A stretch of DNA of 59,914 nt, counting the filler. It is 5 parts of 5 records of this genome, joined end to end, with 100 filler letters (N's around TTAATTAATTAA, not from the genome) between each part and the next. Parts side by side here need not be neighbours in the genome. Positions count along the whole stretch, not along the records: positions 1 to 14,102 come from SRR20825006_2256; 4 more parts are not named here. One strand, written 5' to 3'. The translations under genes and the position numbers were made by a program. The notes under the pieces are model-generated. The model did no database searches and had not been told where the DNA came from. It saw nothing but the letters and a program-made list of their open reading frames with translations. The stretch's first letter is position 1; each line of letters starts with the position of its first letter. Shown here piece by piece: positions 1 through 10,734 of this stretch.

Positions 1-2
1 TT

Positions 3-764
3 CACTTAGAAATTATTAAAGAAAGACTAGAAAGAGAGTTTGATATGACGGTAATCACTACCGTACCAAACGTTTCTTACCACGCATTTACAAATAAAGA
101 ACCTGAGGTTCCTGTTTTGGTTAACAATCCTTCAGATTTACCAGATCCTTCAAAACTTAATCGCGTTGAAGAGCCTTTTATTAAAGCTACAATCATTACA
201 AAATCAGATTTTGTTGGTTCTGTAATGTCGCTTTGTATTGAAAAAAGAGGAGAAATAACCAATCAAACATACCTTACAACCGAAAGAGTTGAACTAACAT
301 TTGATATGCCTTTGGCAGAAATAGTTTTCGATTTTTATGATCGATTAAAAACTGTTTCAAAAGGGTATGCTTCTTTTGATTATTCGCCAATTGGGATGCG
401 TATGTCGCATCTTGTAAAGGTAGATGTGCTTCTTAATGCAAATATTGTTGATGCCCTTTCTGCTTTACTTCACCGTGATAATGCTTATGATATTGGGAAG
501 AAAATCTGTGAAAAACTACGACAATTAATTCCAAGACAACAGTTTGATATTCCTATTCAGGCAGCAATCGGTGCCAAAATTATAGCTCGTGAAACCGTTA
601 AAGCCTTACGAAAAGATGTTACCGCTAAATGTTACGGTGGCGATATTTCACGAAAGCGTAAACTTTTAGAAAAGCAGAAAAAAGGAAAGAAACGTATGCG
701 CCAAGTAGGAAACGTAGAGATTCCTCAAGAAGCTTTTATGGCGGTGTTAAAGTTGAACGACTAA
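3..764 (+). CDS. lepA: Elongation factor 4 (LepA), 5'-truncated by window edge
   Basis: Frame open from base 3 ([15 protein letters not shown]...); C-terminal LepA signature [30 protein letters not shown]. Confidence 0.98.
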   Translation, partial: HLEIIKERLEREFDMTVITTVPNVSYHAFTNKEPEVPVLVNNPSDLPDPSKLNRVEEPFIKATIITKSDFVGSVMSLCIEKRGEITNQTYLTTERVELTFDMPLAEIVFDFYDRLKTVSKGYASFDYSPIGMRMSHLVKVDVLLNANIVDALSALLHRDNAYDIGKKICEKLRQLIPRQQFDIPIQAAIGAKIIARETVKALRKDVTAKCYGGDISRKRKLLEKQKKGKKRMRQVGNVEIPQEAFMAVLKLND

Positions 765-770
765 ATTTTG

Positions 771-998
771 TTAACCCCCACAGCTAGCTCCAGCCTGTTC
801 TAAACCAGAAATATAGGTGCTGTACTCGGTTCCTGTGTCTTGCCCGTTTACAGATGCATTGCCGTTTCGCTCTTTGCATACTTGAAAGTCTGCTGTTTCA
901 GACGATGAACATGAAGTACAGCTTATGCCATCATCTTTTTTGCATGAATAAATGGATAAACAGCAAATTATAGCAATAAATAGGAAGCCTTTTTTCAT
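771..998 (-). CDS. Small Cys-rich lipoprotein, hypothetical (75 aa)
   Basis: Likely start MKKGFLF at 998; signal peptide ending YSC followed by KKDD; four further Cys. Confidence 0.75.
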   Translation of the reverse strand: MKKGFLFIAIICCLSIYSCKKDDGISCTSCSSSETADFQVCKERNGNASVNGQDTGTEYSTYISGLEQAGASCGG

Positions 999-1032
999 CA
1001 GAAGTTTTTCATAAAACGATATAATCGTAAGA

Positions 1033-2901
1033 TTATTTCTTAAGTTTCTCTTCATTTTCTGGGCGAGTGGTATTCATTATTTCTTCAAAATCCATAGGTT
1101 TTCCCATGTACACCAAGTTACTGCCTTCAACAACATCTAATTCTTTGGGGTCACTTATAAGTTCAAGATAATTATCAGGCCATTTTAGAAAAAGTGGAAT
1201 AGCACTGTCCTCTTTGCCAAAGAGTTTTAGCATTTGTAAAAAATCTTTGTTTCCGTCTACAGGAATTTCTTGTATGGAAGGATAGTTTTCTGCTACTTCC
1301 GTAAATTTTAGATAATCATGTGTTTGGCAAAATAACTCAGTAGATCTTAGGTGTGAGCTATTGCGTAATTCTTCGGGAGTCATTAATCTAAAGGTTCCGT
1401 TTTCACCAAAAACTTTTCCAAAACGAGAAATAGCTTGTCGGTTTATTTCACTGCTACCAGTCATTGCAAGTAAATACCCAACATCGTTTAGTTCAATATT
1501 ATCTGTTAAATCGTCTGCATAAATGTTCGAATTTATGGCGTCTAATCCTAACTCTTTCGCTTTGTTAATATTTAAGCGGTTAGTATCTACTAGCACCACA
1601 TGGCGATTGTTTTTTTGAAGATAGGTGCCTATTAATCGAGATACTTTTGAGGCGCCTATAATTACAATTCCTTCAGATTTTTTAAGAAAAACCCCAACGA
1701 TAGATGCAAAAAGCCTGGCGGTTGTGGCGTTTAGCAATACCGTAACAAGTACAAGCCCGAAAACTAAGGGCGTAATATATTCTGCACCAGGCACACCGCT
1801 TGCCACTAATTTTGTTCCAAAAAGTGAAGCAATACCTGCGGCTACAATTCCTCTTGGACCTACCCAACTTATAAAAAGCTTTTCGTTGGTTTTGAGCGAA
1901 CTATTTATAGTACTTAAGAAAACACCTATTGGTCTCAACAAAAATATTATAATGGCAAATAATATGGCTGTTTTCAAATTATAAACTAGCAATAAATCTT
2001 CCAAGCTAATATTTGCAGCCAGTAAAATAAAAAGGATTGAAATAAGTAAAACACTTAATGACTCTTTAAAGTAAAGTAATTCTTTAAGGTTTGGAGTATC
2101 ACTATTACCAAGAAACATCCCCATTACCACTACCGATAAAAGGCCAGATTCATGGGCAAAAAGATCGCTTAAAACAAAAATAAGGAGCACCATTGAGAGT
2201 GATACCACATTCAATAAATAATGAGGAACCCATCTTTTTTTAATTGCCATATATAACGCGTAACCTCCAGAAATACCAAAAGCAAAACCAATTAGCATAA
2301 TTTTTCCAAATTCCATAAGCGCCTGCTTGGTAAAACCACTATGGCCTTCCACACTTATAAATTCAAAAACCAATACAGCTACTAATGCCCCAATAGGGTC
2401 AATTAAAATACCTTCCCACTTTAAAACTGCGGAAACGTCTTTTTTAAGTGGAATATTTCGCAGAATTGGTGTTATAACTGTAGGACCCGTAACGATAATA
2501 AGAGCAGAAAAAAGAAAGGCAATACGCCAATCTAGCCCAAATACATAATGCGCCGCAACTCCAGCACCAATAAAAGTTATTGCAGAACCAATGCTTATAA
2601 GTTTCCCGATTACAGAACCAACTTTCGAAATTTCACCTCGCCTTAAGGTAAGTCCTCCTTCAAAAAGAATAATTCCTATTGCCAGTGATACAAAATAAAA
2701 AAGGCCATCTCCAGGAAAGAGCCCTTTTTCTCCATTCCAGATAGGCTGAATCCATTGATAACCATCTTCAGAGAGTAAAGTAGATATCGGTCCCACAAAA
2801 AGACCGATTAATATTAAAGGGAGAATAGCTGGAATTTTAAACTTCCACGCAACCCATTGCGCCAAAATTCCTAAAATTATAATTCCTGCAAGTTCTACCA
2901 T
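1033..2901 (-). CDS. Cation:proton antiporter (CPA1/NhaP-like) with C-terminal TrkA-N/NAD-binding domain
   Basis: Many TM segments; motifs LFEGGL, TGPTVI, WEGILIDPIG, GPRGIVAA; C-terminal IIGAS Rossmann-like domain. Confidence 0.9.
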   Translation of the reverse strand: MVELAGIIILGILAQWVAWKFKIPAILPLILIGLFVGPISTLLSEDGYQWIQPIWNGEKGLFPGDGLFYFVSLAIGIILFEGGLTLRRGEISKVGSVIGKLISIGSAITFIGAGVAAHYVFGLDWRIAFLFSALIIVTGPTVITPILRNIPLKKDVSAVLKWEGILIDPIGALVAVLVFEFISVEGHSGFTKQALMEFGKIMLIGFAFGISGGYALYMAIKKRWVPHYLLNVVSLSMVLLIFVLSDLFAHESGLLSVVVMGMFLGNSDTPNLKELLYFKESLSVLLISILFILLAANISLEDLLLVYNLKTAILFAIIIFLLRPIGVFLSTINSSLKTNEKLFISWVGPRGIVAAGIASLFGTKLVASGVPGAEYITPLVFGLVLVTVLLNATTARLFASIVGVFLKKSEGIVIIGASKVSRLIGTYLQKNNRHVVLVDTNRLNINKAKELGLDAINSNIYADDLTDNIELNDVGYLLAMTGSSEINRQAISRFGKVFGENGTFRLMTPEELRNSSHLRSTELFCQTHDYLKFTEVAENYPSIQEIPVDGNKDFLQMLKLFGKEDSAIPLFLKWPDNYLELISDPKELDVVEGSNLVYMGKPMDFEEIMNTTRPENEEKLKK

Positions 2902-3040
2902 AAAATCGAGGTTTTTAACAAATTAAATACATTTCATTTTTTCTGAAAGGAAATGAATTGTTAAAAATAGCATAATTAATTTATAGTTAAACGCTCGATC
3001 TCTATCCCTTTTGTTATTTTGCAATTCATTTCTTCAAATT

Positions 3041-3901
3041 ATGCAAATATATCCTATTGAAGCTGGTAATTTTAAACTTGATGGAGGCGCTATGTTTGGC
3101 GTAGTTCCAAAAAAACTTTGGACTAAAACAAACCCAGCAGACGACAACAATATGATTGACATTGCCGCCCGATGTTTACTTATAGAACACGGCAATAGGC
3201 TAACATTAATTGATACCGGAATGGGTGATAAACAAAGTGAAAAATTCTTTGGGTATTACTATCGGTGGGGGGATCATAGCTTAGAAAATTCACTAAAAAA
3301 ACATGGTTTTCATCGAAATGATATTACGGATGTTTTTATGACGCACCTTCACTTTGATCATTGCGGCGGAAGTGTACAGTGGAATAAAGATAGAACAGGC
3401 TACGAACCAGCTTTTAAAAATGCAACTTATTGGAGTAATAAAGACCATTGGCAATGGGCTACAGAACCAAATAGAAGAGAACAAGCTTCTTTTTTAAAAG
3501 AAAATATTATGCCAATGCAAGAAAGTGGACAATTAAAATTTGTAGCTCAACCCAATTCAGATTTTGCAGCAGCTAATGAACTCGATTTCGGAATTCTCTT
3601 TGTAAACGGTCATACAGACAAACAAATGATTCCACACATTAATTATAAAGGAAAAACATTGGTTTTTATGGCAGATTTGCTTCCTACTGCTGGTCATTTG
3701 CCACTTCCATTTGTAATGGGATACGACACAAGACCTTTATTAACCCTTCCTGAAAAGGAAAAATTCTTAAAAACGGCAGCAGATAATAAGTATTATCTAT
3801 TCCTTGAACACGATGCGCACAACCCAATAATAACAGTACAAAACACTGATAAAGGAGTTCGTTTAAACGAAACCTTATCTTTAAATGAATTTTTTAATTA
3901 A
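3041..3901 (+). CDS. MBL-fold metallo-hydrolase (YtnP-like)
   Basis: THLHFDHCGG metal motif; LDGGAMFGVVP N-terminus; ATG start at 3041. Confidence 0.92.
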   Translation: MQIYPIEAGNFKLDGGAMFGVVPKKLWTKTNPADDNNMIDIAARCLLIEHGNRLTLIDTGMGDKQSEKFFGYYYRWGDHSLENSLKKHGFHRNDITDVFMTHLHFDHCGGSVQWNKDRTGYEPAFKNATYWSNKDHWQWATEPNRREQASFLKENIMPMQESGQLKFVAQPNSDFAAANELDFGILFVNGHTDKQMIPHINYKGKTLVFMADLLPTAGHLPLPFVMGYDTRPLLTLPEKEKFLKTAADNKYYLFLEHDAHNPIITVQNTDKGVRLNETLSLNEFFN

Positions 3902-3919
3902 TAAACATTTTTCAAAATA

Positions 3920-5587
3920 ATGAAAATATTTAAAATCACTCTTTTTGCAGTTGCAGCGTCAACTGTTTTAGCTAGCTGTGGAAGCGGGGCAGCAATAATA
4001 GCAACGCCTATCCAAAATATTGATACCAACCCTTTAAAAATCACCCCACTTGAAGACGCCCAAATGAAACACTGGCCGTTAATGGATTTGGTTACTGACA
4101 CGGTTCCAGGAATGAGCGTAAATAAAGCTTACACTGAACTTATTAAAAATCGAAAAGGTGAAACGGTTATCGTTGGTGTAATTGATAGTGGAGTAGATAT
4201 TGACCATGAAGACCTAAAAAACGTTATTTGGACCAACCCAAATGAAATTGCTGGCAATGGTATTGATGATGATAAAAATGGATATGTTGATGACATGCAT
4301 GGTTGGAATTTCTTAGGAAATATTACTGGTGAAAACATGGAATATGTTCGTATTGTTAGAAAATTGAAGCCTAAATACGAAGGAAAAAATGAATCTTCAA
4401 TCAGTGCAGCAGATAGAGAAGAATTCGCAATGTACAATAAAGCAAAAGCTGAATTTGAAAAAGAATCTTCAGAAATAAATGCTAACAAAGCACGATACGA
4501 GCAAATACTTTCACAATTAAAGCCAGTTCACCAAGCAATGACACAAAAACTTGGGAAAGAAAATTACACCCAAGAAGATTTGGCTACAATAAAAGACCCT
4601 TCAATGGAAGAGCAGCAACAAATTGGAATGCTAAACCAAATGTTGAATTTTGCTGATACCGTTCCTGAAGTGATTGAAGAGCTTGAAGGCGGTGTTAAAT
4701 ATTTTACAGGTAGAATTGAAAATAATTTTAACACAACTAAAGATTTCAGAAGTATTTTAGGAGATAATCCTGATGATATTACGGACACTATTTATGGAGA
4801 TAACAATGTAGCTGGGCCAGACCCAACAAGAGATAATGTAAAACACGGAACGCATGTTTCTGGAATTATTGCAGCGCAACGTGCTAATGGAATTGGAATG
4901 GACGGTGTAGCAAACAACGTACAAATCATGGCTGTTCGTGCCGTGCCAGATGGAGACGAATATGATAAAGATATTGCTTTAGCTATTCGTTATGCGGTAG
5001 ATAATGGTGCAAAAGTTTTAAACACTAGCTTCGGAAAATACTACTCGCCACAAGCAGATTGGGTGTATGATGCAATTAAATATGCAGCTTCTAAAGATGT
5101 TTTAATTGTTAATGCGGCTGGAAATGAAGGTTTAAATTTAGATACGGTAAATGTTTATCCAAACGATCAGGTAGATAACAGCTCTGAAATATCAGATACA
5201 TTTTTAACTGTTGGCGCACTCAATTATAAATATGGAGGAGAACTGGTTGCAAACTTTTCTAACTACGGAAAAACAAACGTTGATGTTTTTGCTCCAGGTG
5301 TAAAAATTTGGGCAACAACACCTTTAAACACCTATGAGTATCTACAAGGAACTTCAATGGCAGCTCCTGAAGTTGCTGGTGTTGCGGCAATAATTCGTTC
5401 GTATTACCCAAAACTTTCAGCTAAACAAGTAAAACAAATTATTATGGATAGCGGCCTAACAACAAATACACAAGTTGTTCTAGGTGGTGATAACTCTAAC
5501 ACAGATTCATTTGCTAATATATCTAAATCAGGTAAAATGGTAAACTTATATAACGCCATAATTATGGCTGATAAAATGTCAAAATAA
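3920..5587 (+). CDS. S8 subtilisin-like serine peptidase, lipoprotein
   Basis: Lipobox LASC; catalytic triad motifs VIDSG, HGTHV, GTSMA. Confidence 0.95.
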   Translation: MKIFKITLFAVAASTVLASCGSGAAIIATPIQNIDTNPLKITPLEDAQMKHWPLMDLVTDTVPGMSVNKAYTELIKNRKGETVIVGVIDSGVDIDHEDLKNVIWTNPNEIAGNGIDDDKNGYVDDMHGWNFLGNITGENMEYVRIVRKLKPKYEGKNESSISAADREEFAMYNKAKAEFEKESSEINANKARYEQILSQLKPVHQAMTQKLGKENYTQEDLATIKDPSMEEQQQIGMLNQMLNFADTVPEVIEELEGGVKYFTGRIENNFNTTKDFRSILGDNPDDITDTIYGDNNVAGPDPTRDNVKHGTHVSGIIAAQRANGIGMDGVANNVQIMAVRAVPDGDEYDKDIALAIRYAVDNGAKVLNTSFGKYYSPQADWVYDAIKYAASKDVLIVNAAGNEGLNLDTVNVYPNDQVDNSSEISDTFLTVGALNYKYGGELVANFSNYGKTNVDVFAPGVKIWATTPLNTYEYLQGTSMAAPEVAGVAAIIRSYYPKLSAKQVKQIIMDSGLTTNTQVVLGGDNSNTDSFANISKSGKMVNLYNAIIMADKMSK

Positions 5588-7422
5588 TGAAGTATATTAT
5601 TAATGGATTTTTTTTAACGGCAATCATTTTTTCGGCTTTTAGCCAAAACAATACTAGCTATTGGCAACAAGAAGTTGATTATAAAATGGACGTTCAGATG
5701 GACGTAAAAACCTTTCAATATAAAGGAACACAAGAATTAAAATACACAAATAATTCTCCCGATACTTTAAATAAGGTTTTCTACCATCTTTACTTCAACG
5801 CGTTTCAACCAGGAAGTGAAATGGATGTTCGGTCTCGAACCATTCTCGACCCGGATAGTCGTGTAACTGATAGGATTTCAAAATTAACTCCTTCTGAAAT
5901 TGGTTATATAAAACCAACATTATTTACACAAGATGGTACGGTTGCAGCATATAAAATTGAAGGAACTGTAATGGAAGTCATGCTTAACAAGCCAATATTT
6001 CCAGGTGAAAGCACTGTTTTTAATATGAATTGGGATGCGCAAGTGCCATTACAAGTTCGTCGTTCTGGAAGAAACAGTTCAGAAGGCGTAGCATTAACCA
6101 TGACGCAATGGTATCCAAAACTTGCCGAATACGATTTTCAAGGATGGCATGCCGATCCATATATTGGCCGTGAGTTTCATGGTGTTTGGGGCGATTTTGA
6201 TGTAACAATTACTATTGATGAAGCATATACAATTGGGGGTACCGGCTACCTTCAAAACCCCGCGGAAGTTGGCCACGGCTATACAGAACCTGGACAAAAA
6301 TGGATGAAACCTAAAAAAGGAAAATATACTTGGCATTTTTTAGCTCCAGATGTGCACGATTTTGCTTGGGCAGCTGATGCTAATTATATTCACGATACGT
6401 ATCCTGGGCCAAATGGAGTTACACTTCATTTTTTCTATAAAGACAATCCTGAAATTGCTGAAAAATGGAAGAACCTTCAGCCAAAAACTGCTGAATTAAT
6501 GGAGTTTTTCAACGAACAAATAGGTGAATATCCATACGAACAATATTCTGTAATTCAAGGAGGTGATGGCGGTATGGAGTATGCAATGTGTACTATGATT
6601 ACTGGCGAACGTGAATTTGGAAGCCTTGTGGGTGTAACAGCACACGAGCTTGCACATACATGGTTTCAATTTGTTTTGGCTACCAACGAAAGCAAACATG
6701 GATGGATGGACGAAGGCTTTACTTCTTATATTTCTAATGAAGCCATGAATTATGTAATGAAAGAAGATAAACCCAACCCACATGCTGGTTCCTATAGAAG
6801 TTACTTGTATCTAGCAAATAGTGGCGCTGAGCAACCCCAAACTACGCATGCTGATCGTTATGCTACAAACAGGGCATACAGTATAAATGCGTATAGCAAA
6901 GGCGCTGTCTTCTTAACGCAATTAGGATATGTAATTGGACCGGAAAACCTTTCAAAAACATTGAAACGATATTATTCTGAATTTAAATTTAAACATCCTA
7001 CACCAAATGATTTTATTCGTATTGCCGAAAAAGTTTCTGGGTTTGAATTGGATTGGTATTTAACAGATTGGACCCAAACCACCAATACTATCGATTATGC
7101 GATAAAAACGGTTGAAAATGAAAATGAAAACACTAAAATAACCTTGGAAAGAATAGGGTTAATGCCAATGCCAATAGATCTTTATGTAACTTATGAAGAT
7201 GGTACACAGGAACTATTTTACGTACCGCTACGAATGATGTGGGGTGAAAAACCAAATCCATTTACTTCGTTAAACAGAACTATTTTAGATAATTGGGCAT
7301 GGGCATATCCAACCTATACTTTTGAAATAAAAAACGGTAAAAAAGTAAAAAGCATGATGATTGATGCTACCCAACGTATGGCAGATATCAATCCTGAAAA
7401 TAATATGTGGGAAGCAAAATAG
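5587..7422 (+). CDS. M1 family zinc aminopeptidase
   Basis: GGMEY and HELAH-x18-E motifs; signal peptide; 1-bp TAATG overlap with the S8 gene. Confidence 0.93.
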   Translation: MKYIINGFFLTAIIFSAFSQNNTSYWQQEVDYKMDVQMDVKTFQYKGTQELKYTNNSPDTLNKVFYHLYFNAFQPGSEMDVRSRTILDPDSRVTDRISKLTPSEIGYIKPTLFTQDGTVAAYKIEGTVMEVMLNKPIFPGESTVFNMNWDAQVPLQVRRSGRNSSEGVALTMTQWYPKLAEYDFQGWHADPYIGREFHGVWGDFDVTITIDEAYTIGGTGYLQNPAEVGHGYTEPGQKWMKPKKGKYTWHFLAPDVHDFAWAADANYIHDTYPGPNGVTLHFFYKDNPEIAEKWKNLQPKTAELMEFFNEQIGEYPYEQYSVIQGGDGGMEYAMCTMITGEREFGSLVGVTAHELAHTWFQFVLATNESKHGWMDEGFTSYISNEAMNYVMKEDKPNPHAGSYRSYLYLANSGAEQPQTTHADRYATNRAYSINAYSKGAVFLTQLGYVIGPENLSKTLKRYYSEFKFKHPTPNDFIRIAEKVSGFELDWYLTDWTQTTNTIDYAIKTVENENENTKITLERIGLMPMPIDLYVTYEDGTQELFYVPLRMMWGEKPNPFTSLNRTILDNWAWAYPTYTFEIKNGKKVKSMMIDATQRMADINPENNMWEAK

Positions 7423-7444
7423 TTTTTACTTTCCTTTTTTAAAC

Positions 7445-7480
7445 AGACCTCGCAAAACTTAAATTCTGCGAGGTCTTTTT
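7445..7480 (+). terminator. Rho-independent terminator after S8/M1 genes
   Basis: Stem AGACCTCGCA...TGCGAGGTCT followed by a T-run. Confidence 0.7.
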
Positions 7481-7493
7481 ATATATTTACAGG

Positions 7494-7859
7494 GTGAACC
7501 AAAAATTTCCTAAAACCGAAAAATTAAAAAGCACCAAAACAATCGAAAGTTTGTTTTTGGAAGGAAAAACGCTTTCAAAATTTCCTATAAAAATATTTTT
7601 TCTTCCGAAAGAGAACCTAGCAATTAACCTTGCTGCCTTCGCTGTTCCCAAGCGTAATTTTAAATCTGCTGTAGACCGAAACCGAGTAAAACGCCAACTT
7701 CGCGAAGCCTACCGACTTAATAAACAATTGCTTGATAAAATTCAAAGCAAGAAATTTGTAATGCTTTTCCTTTTTATAGGAAAAGTTAAACCGCAGTATG
7801 CCGAGCTAGATAAAGCAATGGTGAAACTGCTTAAAAAATTACAAGATGAGAATAGTTAG
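7494..7859 (+). CDS. rnpA: Ribonuclease P protein component
   Basis: FAVPKRNFKSAVDRNRVKRQLREAYRLNK (RNR motif); GTG start. Confidence 0.95.
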   Translation: MNQKFPKTEKLKSTKTIESLFLEGKTLSKFPIKIFFLPKENLAINLAAFAVPKRNFKSAVDRNRVKRQLREAYRLNKQLLDKIQSKKFVMLFLFIGKVKPQYAELDKAMVKLLKKLQDENS

Positions 7860-8652
7860 CGTTTTATTTTTATTTATTGTTTTAGGGTGTTCCAATGAAG
7901 GAACAAATAAAGAATTCCACGATTTAGAAGCTCCATCACTCGCTTATAAGGTAAATCCAGAAGAAAATTATAGTACGGAAGACAATCAAGTACAAGAACA
8001 AAAAATAATTAAAACAGCACGCTTGGCTTTTGAAACACAAGATGTAGAAGCCACTCATAAAAAAATTATTAATCTTGTAGCTCAGCAAAAAGGTTTGGTG
8101 CAGCATGATAATAGCGGAAAAGATTACAACCGAATTTTTAAAAGCTTAATCCTTCGTGTGCCAACTGAAAATTTTCAGCAGCTTATCAACGGAATTTCTG
8201 AAGGCGTGGCATATTTTGATCAACGCGATATTTCCCGTCAAGATGTTTCCGAAGAATTTGTTGATCTTGAAGCACGTTTAAAAGCAAAACGTACTTTAGA
8301 ATCGCGTTATCTTGAGTTGCTTAAAAAAGCAAATAACGTTAAGGAAATGCTAGAAATAGAACACGAACTTTCAAACATTCGTGAAGAAATTGAAGCAAAA
8401 CAAGGACGGTTACAATACCTTCAAAGCCAAGTTTCAATGAGCACTATAACTGTTGAATTTTATAAAACCACAGCAGAAACTGGGGTTACCGAATCTTACG
8501 GACAAAAAATGAAAAACGCTATGCAAGGTGGATGGAATGGCATTTCGGTGTTTTTCTTAGGCATTTTATATTTATGGCCTTTGTTTTTACTTGCATTAAC
8601 TATCTTTATTGTTCTTCGTATATTTCTACAGAAAAAAAAGAAAAAGCACTAA
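7846..8652 (+). CDS. DUF4349-type lipoprotein with C-terminal TM anchor
   Basis: Lipobox LGC; KIIKTA, LRVP, DVSEEFVDLEARL coiled-coil; C-terminal TM and Lys tail. Confidence 0.8.
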   Translation: MRIVSVLFLFIVLGCSNEGTNKEFHDLEAPSLAYKVNPEENYSTEDNQVQEQKIIKTARLAFETQDVEATHKKIINLVAQQKGLVQHDNSGKDYNRIFKSLILRVPTENFQQLINGISEGVAYFDQRDISRQDVSEEFVDLEARLKAKRTLESRYLELLKKANNVKEMLEIEHELSNIREEIEAKQGRLQYLQSQVSMSTITVEFYKTTAETGVTESYGQKMKNAMQGGWNGISVFFLGILYLWPLFLLALTIFIVLRIFLQKKKKKH

Positions 8653-8664
8653 AAATTTCAGAAA

Positions 8665-10287
8665 ATGAAAAAGAGAATAGTAGTTCCAATTATCGCCATA
8701 GGTATATTTTTTACCACCGTAAGTTTTAAAAGTGACTTCTTTGAAATTGCAAAACAGATTGAAATATTTACCACACTTTTCAAAGAATTAAACATGAATT
8801 ATGTGGATGAAGTTACGCCAGCAACGCTTATGGATAAAGCCATAAAAGGCATGCTCGAAGATTTGGATCCATACACCGTTTACTGGAACGAACAGCAAGT
8901 AGAAGACGCTAAAATAAACAATTCAGGTATTTATACGGGTATTGGCGCCTCCGCTCAAAGCAAAAAAGATAAAATTATAATTGTAGAGCCATATAAAGAT
9001 TATCCTGCAGACAAAGCAGGTTTAAAAGCTGGTGACGAAATTATAAAAATTGGAAACGTTACTATTGCAGATTTAGAAGACGATGCTGGTGAATTATTAA
9101 AAGGTGCGCCAGGTTCTACAGTAGAAATTACCTATAATAGACAAGGAAAAACTGCCAAAGCAACAATTACTCGTGATGCTGTTGAAATTAAAGCAGTACC
9201 TTTTTATAAGCTAATTAATAACACGATTGGGTATATTGTTTTAAGTAAATTCAATAGTAAAACAACTATTGAAACCAAAACTGCTTTAGTAAATTTAAAA
9301 TCTCAAGGTGCCACAAAAATTATTTTAGACCTACGTGGAAATCCAGGAGGTTTATTAACTGAAGCTATAAACGTGGTCAATTTATTTGTGGATAAAGGCG
9401 AAGTAATTACAACCACTCAATCTGTAATAGAAAAATACAACCAGACTTACAAAACAAGATTCGATCCTATAGATACTGAAATTCCTTTGGTTGTTTTGGT
9501 AAATGGAAGAAGTGCTTCCGCCAGCGAAATTGTTTCTGGTGGTTTGCAAGATTTGGATCGCGCAGTGATTGTAGGTGCGCGTAGTTTTGGAAAAGGGCTT
9601 GTACAACGTCCAAAAAAATTAACCTACGGAACACAGCTTAAAGTTACCATTTCGCGGTATTACACACCAAGTGGACGCTGTATTCAAGCATTAGATTACT
9701 GGCATCGTGATGAAAATGGAGATCCTGTTCGGAAAGATGCAAAAGAATATAACGCATACAAAACAAAAGGCGGAAGAACAGTTTATGACGGCGGTGGAAT
9801 ACTACCAGACGTGCAATTAAAATCAGCTGTTTACAGCCCAATTACAACCGCTTTATTAAAAGACAACGCAATTTTTGATTACGCCACAAAGTATTATTAC
9901 AGCCATCAAATGACCGATTGGAGTAATTTTAAATTCGGGGAATCAGATTTTCAAGATTTTTTAAAGTTTTTGAAAGAAAACAATTTTGAATACGAAACTG
10001 AAACCGAAAAGAAATTTGCTGAAGGTTTAAGAATTTCTGAAGACGATGATTTAAACAAAGATATTTCTGTGGGTTATGAACAATTAATGAAAGCTATTGA
10101 CGCAGCCAAAGACAAGGCTATCGTTGACAAAAAAGTAGAAATAGAATCGTTATTGATTGATGAAATTTTGAAGCGTTATTTTTATCGTGAAGGTTTGTAT
10201 TCGTACCAAATAGAACACAATCCAGAAATTTTGGAAGCTGTTGCTGTTTTGAATGATGAAGAACGTTATAAAAAGATTTTAAAGTGA
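8665..10287 (+). CDS. S41 carboxyl-terminal processing protease (PDZ + S41)
   Basis: DLRGNPGG, SASASEIV and SFGKG motifs; PDZ segment PADKAGLKAGDEI. Confidence 0.95.
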   Translation: MKKRIVVPIIAIGIFFTTVSFKSDFFEIAKQIEIFTTLFKELNMNYVDEVTPATLMDKAIKGMLEDLDPYTVYWNEQQVEDAKINNSGIYTGIGASAQSKKDKIIIVEPYKDYPADKAGLKAGDEIIKIGNVTIADLEDDAGELLKGAPGSTVEITYNRQGKTAKATITRDAVEIKAVPFYKLINNTIGYIVLSKFNSKTTIETKTALVNLKSQGATKIILDLRGNPGGLLTEAINVVNLFVDKGEVITTTQSVIEKYNQTYKTRFDPIDTEIPLVVLVNGRSASASEIVSGGLQDLDRAVIVGARSFGKGLVQRPKKLTYGTQLKVTISRYYTPSGRCIQALDYWHRDENGDPVRKDAKEYNAYKTKGGRTVYDGGGILPDVQLKSAVYSPITTALLKDNAIFDYATKYYYSHQMTDWSNFKFGESDFQDFLKFLKENNFEYETETEKKFAEGLRISEDDDLNKDISVGYEQLMKAIDAAKDKAIVDKKVEIESLLIDEILKRYFYREGLYSYQIEHNPEILEAVAVLNDEERYKKILK

Positions 10288-10362
10288 TATATTAACAATA
10301 GCTCGTTTCACTTAACATATCATTAACTATCTGTTAATCAATGTTTTTGTATCTTACCATTT

Positions 10363-10734
10363 ATGGTACAAACAGACAGAGAAGAAAATCAAGAGATTTT
10401 AAAAGAATCAGTAACGTATTTAGAAAACAGAGGTTTTGAACACATTAAGGCCGCAATAGACGGCTATGAAACTCCAAAATCCTATCATAAAAAAGATAGT
10501 GATGTAGTAATTACTCCAGATATTGTTGCAGACAGAGCTGGAATAAAACATTATTTTGAAATCAGCTTAAAGTCTGAAAAACCCCGATTGTTAAAATCAA
10601 AATGGCAATTTCTTGATACATTAACCCGTATGCGAAATCAACGTTTTAGAATTATTACACGTCGTGGTCATTATAAATTTACAGATGAAATGCTTAAAGA
10701 TCTTAATTTGGAAAAAAACCTTATTAAGCTTTAA
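10363..10734 (+). CDS. Hypothetical protein, possible degenerate PD-(D/E)xK fold
   Basis: 123-aa ORF filling the gap; contains TPDIVA...YFEISLK. Confidence 0.75.
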   Translation: MVQTDREENQEILKESVTYLENRGFEHIKAAIDGYETPKSYHKKDSDVVITPDIVADRAGIKHYFEISLKSEKPRLLKSKWQFLDTLTRMRNQRFRIITRRGHYKFTDEMLKDLNLEKNLIKL

